From Chloroflexota bacterium (GTDB lineage: Bacteria; Chloroflexota; Dehalococcoidia; UBA6926), in assembly GCA_026713485.1 (NCBI GenBank), contig JAPOOK010000051.1, positions 914 through 64,913 of the forward strand: a stretch of DNA of 64,000 bases, given 5' to 3'. Below, one piece after another: positions 59,051 to 64,000 of the stretch (within the stretch, counting starts at the first letter, position 1; each line of letters starts with the position of its first letter). The notes beneath the pieces were generated by a model. It did no database searches and was not told the origin of the DNA. It worked only from the letters and a program-made list of their open reading frames with translations. The translations under genes were made by a program, and so were the position numbers.

Positions 59051-59132
59051 TCCCCGCTCCGGGATTCAGACACCTACTTGTTCCCTCAGCGATACTTAAA
59101 CGATATGAAAGATCGGAGGATTTGGTAATCGA

Positions 59133-59915
59133 ATGGACTTTACGCGAACTCTAAACCCACTCCTTGTTTTCCTGGTTGCCGCGCTAACTGCGCTTGCGCT
59201 CGCCTGCGGCACGGCGGCAGAGCCGACGGCAACAGCCACGCCCGTTCCTCCCGCGCCAACGGCCACCCCAACACCCACACCAGAGCCAACAGCGACCCCT
59301 GAGTCAATGTCCGACTCCATGCCCACTCTAGGAGCAAATTCTACGTGGCAGGACGTGGTTGGTGCTCTCTTTACCGACGAAGAATCCGCCTGCGTGCGTG
59401 ACACCGTAGGAGAAGAGACATATACCGCCATGCTGAATCAGCCATTCATGGATCAATCCCTGGAAAGCAATGCAAACGCAGTGGCTCACTGCCTTTCACA
59501 GGAATCTCAGGTGGATCTGTACTTGGCGGCCATGTCCGGCGCAGCCGGTGGCGGCATCAGCACTGAGAGTCTGGCGTGTCTGAAGGCAGGCCTAATCGAC
59601 ACCGGTGAGGACTTCTTCGCAGATGAGATCCAACCGGCGGTCGCGGTGGTCTTTCTGAACTGCCTGTCCGAGGATGAATTGGCCGCGCTGGCGGCCTCGT
59701 CTGCGTTGGAACCGGCCGGGGAGACATCCGAAACGACTCCGCTGGAGTTGCTGCGCGCCCAGGCCGGACTTGATCCGAACGTCCAGGCCCTGTTTGATTG
59801 CCTTGATCAGAACGCCACCCAACGTGAGTTGGAGGCGTACTTCAATGAGAACTCCCAGACACTCCCCTCAGCGGCAATGGAGTGCTTCGTGCTGCACCCG
59901 TTAGCGGGTGGATAG
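59133..59915 (+). CDS. Secreted lipoprotein with Thr/Pro-rich linker and Cys-repeat domain (paralog of 4926..5714)
   Basis: LALAC lipobox, ATATPVPPAPTATPTPTPEPTATP linker, five xxC(L/V)xx repeats. Confidence 0.5.
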   Translation: MDFTRTLNPLLVFLVAALTALALACGTAAEPTATATPVPPAPTATPTPTPEPTATPESMSDSMPTLGANSTWQDVVGALFTDEESACVRDTVGEETYTAMLNQPFMDQSLESNANAVAHCLSQESQVDLYLAAMSGAAGGGISTESLACLKAGLIDTGEDFFADEIQPAVAVVFLNCLSEDELAALAASSALEPAGETSETTPLELLRAQAGLDPNVQALFDCLDQNATQRELEAYFNENSQTLPSAAMECFVLHPLAGG

Positions 59916-59979
59916 TCGTTCCCAAACTGCCCGGGCGAGCGAACCCAGTCCATAACCCGTAGAAAATCCTCGCCCAGTC

Positions 59980-60024
59980 AAAAAAATCCCTCCCCCCTGT
60001 GTGGGGGAGGGTGGTGGCGGGGAG
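59980..60024. terminator. Bidirectional intrinsic terminator (type-A hairpin) between convergent lipoprotein gene and rplT
   Basis: A7 + CCCTCCCCCC-TGTGT-GGGGGAGGG. On the minus strand the hairpin is followed by UUUUUUU just after the rplT stop. On the plus strand it follows the lipoprotein stop. Confidence 0.6.
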
Positions 60025-60038
60025 ATTGAGCTAAGGCC

Positions 60039-60413
60039 CTACGCCGCAGCCCTCTCCGCTTCCAGGGCTTCCTTCGCCGCCTCGGCAATCCGCGCAAACG
60101 CTTGCGGGTCCCGCACGGCCAGATCGGCCAGCATCTTGCGGTCGACAGCCACGTTCGCCAGCTTCAGGCCGTGGATAAGATTCCCGTACGTGATGTCATT
60201 CATCCGCGCCGCGGCGTTGATCCGCGTGATCCACAGTCGCCGAAAGTCGCCCTTGCGCTCTCGCCGGTGCTCATAGGCGTACTGCCAAGAGTGCAGCAGG
60301 GACTCCTGCGCCCGGCGAAACAGCTTGTGCCGGGAGCCCCATTGCCCCTTCATCAGGTTGATGACTTCCTTGTGGCGGCGACGCGTTCGAGGCCCGCCCT
60401 TGATTCGGGTCAT
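60039..60413 (-). CDS. rplT: 50S ribosomal protein L20
   Basis: MTRIKGGPRTRRRHK...RLWITRINAAAR conserved L20 sequence. Confidence 0.95.
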   Translation of the reverse strand: MTRIKGGPRTRRRHKEVINLMKGQWGSRHKLFRRAQESLLHSWQYAYEHRRERKGDFRRLWITRINAAARMNDITYGNLIHGLKLANVAVDRKMLADLAVRDPQAFARIAEAAKEALEAERAAA

Positions 60414-60457
60414 AGCTTGTATTCCTCTCCGTAGTGTCCGAAAGGAGAAATGTGCCC

Positions 60458-60664
60458 TTACGGGCCGTAAGGCAGCAGTCGCTGTACGCGACGCCTGTCC
60501 GCCGGGCTCAGGGGATGCTCATCGCCGTAAAGGCGCTTAACGTCCTTGGGCTTACGGCGGCGCAGGTGGCTCTGATGCCCCTTGCGCTTGGTCAGCTTGC
60601 CGGAGCCGGTCATGCCGATCCGTTTCTGAGTGCCCTTATGCGTCTTGAGTTTGTACTTTGCCAT
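60458..60664 (-). CDS. rpmI: 50S ribosomal protein L35
   Basis: MAKYKLKTHKGTQKRI...GHQSHLRRRK conserved L35 sequence. Confidence 0.95.
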   Translation of the reverse strand: MAKYKLKTHKGTQKRIGMTGSGKLTKRKGHQSHLRRRKPKDVKRLYGDEHPLSPADRRRVQRLLPYGP

Positions 60665-60701
60665 GGTGATTCCTGTCCCCGCGCTTGCTGACTATCTAAT
60701 T

Positions 60702-61337
60702 CTACGCCTGATCGGTTGAAGCCGCGACGACAGGTGTCTCTTCAGCCTGCTCATCCGGAACTGCAGCCGGCTCATCCAAAGAAGCCTCTAACGGGGCCTC
60801 AACCTGCTTCGCCGGCGCGGCATGCTTGCGCTTCAGGGGGGCCAGAATCATGCTCATGCCCCGTCCCTCCAGCTGCGGCGCAACATCAATGCCCGCTATG
60901 TCTTCCACCTGTTCAGATACCTTCTTAAGCAGATTGATCGCCAACTCGGGATGCGTCGCCTCCCGGCCTCTGAAAATGACCGAGACCTTGACCTTATCCC
61001 CGCCGTCAATCAGCTTGCGTACCGTCCTCGTCTTGAAGTCGATATCGTGCTGACCAATCTTGGGGCGGAGCCGCACCTCGCCGAGTTCCTGCGTGTGCTG
61101 TCCCTTGCGGAGCTCCCGCTCCTTCTTGGACTGCTCGTAGCGATAGCGGCCGTAATCAAGTATGCGGCAAACAGGGGGCTGGGCGCCCGGGGCAACCTCA
61201 ACCAGGTCAAGGCCCCGATCCTGCGCCAGCTGAATGGCGTCTGCCGTATGCATCACCCCAACCCGTTCCCCCGTGTCGGTCACCACAAGGACTTCTGACA
61301 CGGTTATGCGTTGGTTGACGCGGTAATCTCTCGGTAT
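60702..61337 (-). CDS. infC: Translation initiation factor IF-3; proposed non-canonical ATA/ATT-class start at 61337 (the ORF-track Met 61301 truncates the conserved N-terminus)
   Basis: Upstream in-frame codons encode ...PRDYRVNQRITVSEVLVV, matching the IF-3 N-terminal RINEEIRA.EVRLI region. Conserved C-domain VIFRGRE. infC-rpmI-rplT gene order. Confidence 0.8.
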   Translation of the reverse strand: MPRDYRVNQRITVSEVLVVTDTGERVGVMHTADAIQLAQDRGLDLVEVAPGAQPPVCRILDYGRYRYEQSKKERELRKGQHTQELGEVRLRPKIGQHDIDFKTRTVRKLIDGGDKVKVSVIFRGREATHPELAINLLKKVSEQVEDIAGIDVAPQLEGRGMSMILAPLKRKHAAPAKQVEAPLEASLDEPAAVPDEQAEETPVVAASTDQA

Positions 61338-61445
61338 GTCTACTCCCTCGCTTTGTATCTGTCAGCCGTATCGCTCAAGCACGTACTCTACAATCCGCCT
61401 ATTTACCCCGTCAAGAACGAAGAGACGCCCTGCACCGTCAGCGGC

Positions 61446-63857
61446 CTACCTGAGCACGCCACTCTCAGTCCCCTTTGATATTTCCTCGTCGGACAAGCCG
61501 AGCACGCTCCTGAACACATACTCATTATCCTCACCGATCCATGGCGCACGGTTCGCCGCAGTTGCCCTGGATAGGGAAGGAACGGCCGGCAGTCCGTGAT
61601 GGGAGAGCGTCCCCCACGTCGTGTGCGTCGACCGCACGATGTGTCCGCGCTCTCTCAGATGCGGATCGTTGTACAGGTCCTCGCTGTTCATCGCCACGCC
61701 GGCCGGCACCCCGACCTTCTGCAACATGTGAAGAACCTGGTGCGACGTGAACGCCTTGGCCCACTCGCTTATCTCATGGTCGATTTCGTCGCGATTCGCC
61801 CGTCGTCCCTCCCTGTCCGCAAAACGTGGGTCGTCCGCCCAGTGTGGCGCGCCCATCGCCGTCGACAGCGCCCGCCATTGCTCGTCCGTCTCGCACGCGA
61901 TGACGATCCACGTATCCGGGTACAGGCACGCGTACGCCCCGTAGGGCGCGTAATGGGCCGCCAACGGCTCGTCATAGCCCACGCTGCCCCAGATGTTCCC
62001 GTTGATCGTGTAGTCCAGGATGGCCGGGCCCATCATCGATCCCTGCCCGTCCACCTGCGCAATCTCAATGAATTGCCCGCGACCCGTCACGTCGCGGAAC
62101 TCAAGCGCCGCCGCCGTCGAAAGCGCAACGAACGCCGCTCCCACATAGTCCGGTATGACACCCTTCGCGTGGTTCTGCATCGGCGAGTCCGGGTGCCCCC
62201 ACAACAGCGACAGCCCCGTCACCGCCTGCAGGTTGTTGCCATACGTTACCCAGTTGTTCAGCGGCCCGTCTGATCCCATACCCGGCATCCCGATCTGGAT
62301 GATGCCCGGGTTGATCTTCGTCAGATCGTCGTAGCCCAGCCCAAGCCGCTTCATCACCGTCGCGCTGAAGTTGTCAACGACCACATCGCTGTCTTTAGCG
62401 AGCCGACGGAACAGCTCCTTGCCCTCATCCGAGCGGAGATCGACTGTGCAGCTCAGCTTGTTGCGGTTCATGTCAGGGAACAGCGGGCGCGTCGGCTCGC
62501 GATTCGCCTCAAGGCTTGCAGACTCCACCTTGATGACCTCCGCGCCATAGAACCCCAGGAACATGGTCCCGATGGGCCCGGCAAACGCCCGCGTGATGTC
62601 CGCTACGCGGATGCCGTCCAACAGCGCCGCATCTGGCGCCTTCCCATTCGTCGGTGCAGGGTACGTCTCGCGTCGCGGGGAAACCGTCTCGATCTCTGCC
62701 AACACCTCATCCCGATGCTGATCCAGCAGCGGGGCAGGGCGAGTCTGGTTCCACGGCGTCGCCGACATGATGAACGGCTGACCCGGCGTCTCATACTCGC
62801 CAACGACAGGATGCGTCACCTTCTGGAACCACCCGCGCTGCCTCATATGGTCATCCGTCACGAAATCCTCGAACGTATTGACCGGGCAGCACGCGAGGCC
62901 GCGCTTCTGCGCCTCCTCCACGAACTCATCGCGGTCGAACTGTTCCACGAACGACTGAATCAGTATCTGTGCGAGGTCCTCGTTGTCCGTCCGGTACTGC
63001 GATGAATCCCAGTCATCGTCGGACAGCACCGCGTCCTCCATCCACTGCCGGGACAGGACGCGCCAATGGCCGGTCATAAAGATCGCAATCTGGACGTACT
63101 TGTCATCCTTTGTTCGATAGATATTGGCGGGACCGCCGCGGGGGCCCTGCCGCGTCACGATCTCGCTCCGCTGGCTGTACCGTGCAATCGTGCCGACCGT
63201 CGCGAACGTCAGCGCCTCCTGCAGCGAAAGGTCGATGCGCTGCCCGCGCCCCGTCGCCCGCCGGTGCCGAACGGCATTGATCGCCAGGTACGCTCCGTGG
63301 ACGGCCGCGAGCTGCGACCCAATCTGGCACGGCAGAACGACGGGTGAGCGCTCATCATCGCCCTGGCTCATCATCACGCCGGACATGGCGGAGATGATCG
63401 CCTCATTGGCCGCAAAGTGGCTGAACGGCCCCGTCTGCCCGAATGGCGTCAGCGAGACCGTCACAAGACCCGGATTCAAAGCCTCCAGCCGTGCATCATC
63501 AATCCCCAACGCCGCCAGCTGGCCGGGCGTCGTGCACTCCACAAAGACATCCGCGCGCTCGATGAGCTTCTCAAGCGTCTCCCGCCCGCCGGAGTCATCA
63601 ATATCCAGCACGATACTGCGACGATTCAGATTGGCGTTCAGGAACTTGATCCCGCGCTCCGGGTCTGCGATGTCCCCCGCGAAGGGCCCATGCATCCGGT
63701 TTGGATCGCCCCCCGGCGGCTCCACCTTGATGACGTCCGCGCCGAGCCCCGCGAGATACCCCGCGCAATACGCCGCCGGAATCTCCCCAATCTCTACAAC
63801 CCGCAGATGCCCCAGCGCCGAATCCGTTTCCCCGTTAGTCATAGCCATTCTCCCCAC
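61446..63857 (-). CDS. Fused two-domain family III CoA-transferase (A-type domain followed by B-type domain, 803 aa)
   Basis: Two complete CaiB/BaiF domains: LRVVEIGEIPAAYCAGYLAGLGADVIKVE... and IRVADITRAFAGPIGTMFLGFYGAEVIKVE.... The domains match the A and B subunit types of the 23060..28336 array respectively. Confidence 0.8.
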   Translation of the reverse strand: MGRMAMTNGETDSALGHLRVVEIGEIPAAYCAGYLAGLGADVIKVEPPGGDPNRMHGPFAGDIADPERGIKFLNANLNRRSIVLDIDDSGGRETLEKLIERADVFVECTTPGQLAALGIDDARLEALNPGLVTVSLTPFGQTGPFSHFAANEAIISAMSGVMMSQGDDERSPVVLPCQIGSQLAAVHGAYLAINAVRHRRATGRGQRIDLSLQEALTFATVGTIARYSQRSEIVTRQGPRGGPANIYRTKDDKYVQIAIFMTGHWRVLSRQWMEDAVLSDDDWDSSQYRTDNEDLAQILIQSFVEQFDRDEFVEEAQKRGLACCPVNTFEDFVTDDHMRQRGWFQKVTHPVVGEYETPGQPFIMSATPWNQTRPAPLLDQHRDEVLAEIETVSPRRETYPAPTNGKAPDAALLDGIRVADITRAFAGPIGTMFLGFYGAEVIKVESASLEANREPTRPLFPDMNRNKLSCTVDLRSDEGKELFRRLAKDSDVVVDNFSATVMKRLGLGYDDLTKINPGIIQIGMPGMGSDGPLNNWVTYGNNLQAVTGLSLLWGHPDSPMQNHAKGVIPDYVGAAFVALSTAAALEFRDVTGRGQFIEIAQVDGQGSMMGPAILDYTINGNIWGSVGYDEPLAAHYAPYGAYACLYPDTWIVIACETDEQWRALSTAMGAPHWADDPRFADREGRRANRDEIDHEISEWAKAFTSHQVLHMLQKVGVPAGVAMNSEDLYNDPHLRERGHIVRSTHTTWGTLSHHGLPAVPSLSRATAANRAPWIGEDNEYVFRSVLGLSDEEISKGTESGVLR

Positions 63858-63867
63858 CGATTAGGCG

Positions 63868-63925
63868 CATTCGTCATTCCCGCGAAAGCATGCCCCGTAC
63901 TCCGATACGGGGCGGGAACCCAGAA
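63868..63925 (+). repeat. Type-C repeat module split by a nested 24-nt palindromic insert
   Basis: GTCATTCCCGCGAAAGC-[ATGCCCCGTACTCCGATACGGGGC]-GGGAAC. The insert is itself a hairpin (GCCCCGTA...TACGGGGC). Confidence 0.45.
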
Positions 63926-64000
63926 CACCCTCTCCCAATCTGCGAGTACGATAGGCGTCCCACCCTTAAAGGGTCAAGAACAAACCACCCCCGCTCACGA

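Noticed and set aside
56790-59130. Possible CRISPR array or degenerate array, suggested by the clustered short repeats.
   Set aside because: The repeat units differ in sequence and length (modules A-D), spacing is irregular, and there are no uniform spacers. No cas genes are present in the window.

Overview
This is 64 kb of GC-rich (~65%) bacterial chromosome with dense, mostly non-overlapping coding on both strands. I found no rRNA, no CRISPR array and no transposase or integrase. Core metabolism and housekeeping dominate:

- Nitrogen and sulfur uptake: the ammonium transporter gene (amt), a divergent PII-type nitrogen regulator, and a rhodanese.
- Methyl cycle: ahcY, metK, and an NDP-sugar pyrophosphorylase.
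- Translation: prfA-prmC, and an infC-rpmI-rplT operon with a non-ATG infC start.
- Riboflavin: a complete rib operon (dcd-ribD-ribE-ribBA-ribH) with translationally coupled overlaps.
- Other: citrate synthase, HU, signal peptidase I, and one tRNA-Lys(UUU).

Other gene content:

- Fatty-acid/CoA metabolism is over-represented. There are three enoyl-CoA hydratases, an acyl-CoA ligase, and a four-gene array of family-III (CaiB/BaiF) CoA-transferases arranged as two tandem A-B subunit pairs. An 803-aa A-B fusion protein sits elsewhere in the window.
- A two-component system sits next to an internally duplicated, Gly/Glu/His-rich lipoprotein and an OpuA/ProU-type ABC transporter.

Accessory signals:

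- One ~1.8 kb low-GC (~50%) island carries a single DUF262/DUF1524 (GmrSD/SspE-like) modification-dependent nuclease gene.
- A vapBC toxin-antitoxin pair is preceded by four TATGGGT direct repeats.
- A lipoprotein Prx-like redoxin has an in-frame TGA exactly at the first Cys of its CxxC motif, followed by a hairpin. It is either a selenoprotein candidate or a pseudogene.
- A modular family of GC-rich palindromic intergenic repeats occurs throughout, including G-quadruplex-like GGGTTAGGG terminator hairpins.

All calls rest on my reading of the translated ORFs and the nucleotide sequence. No database searches were run.
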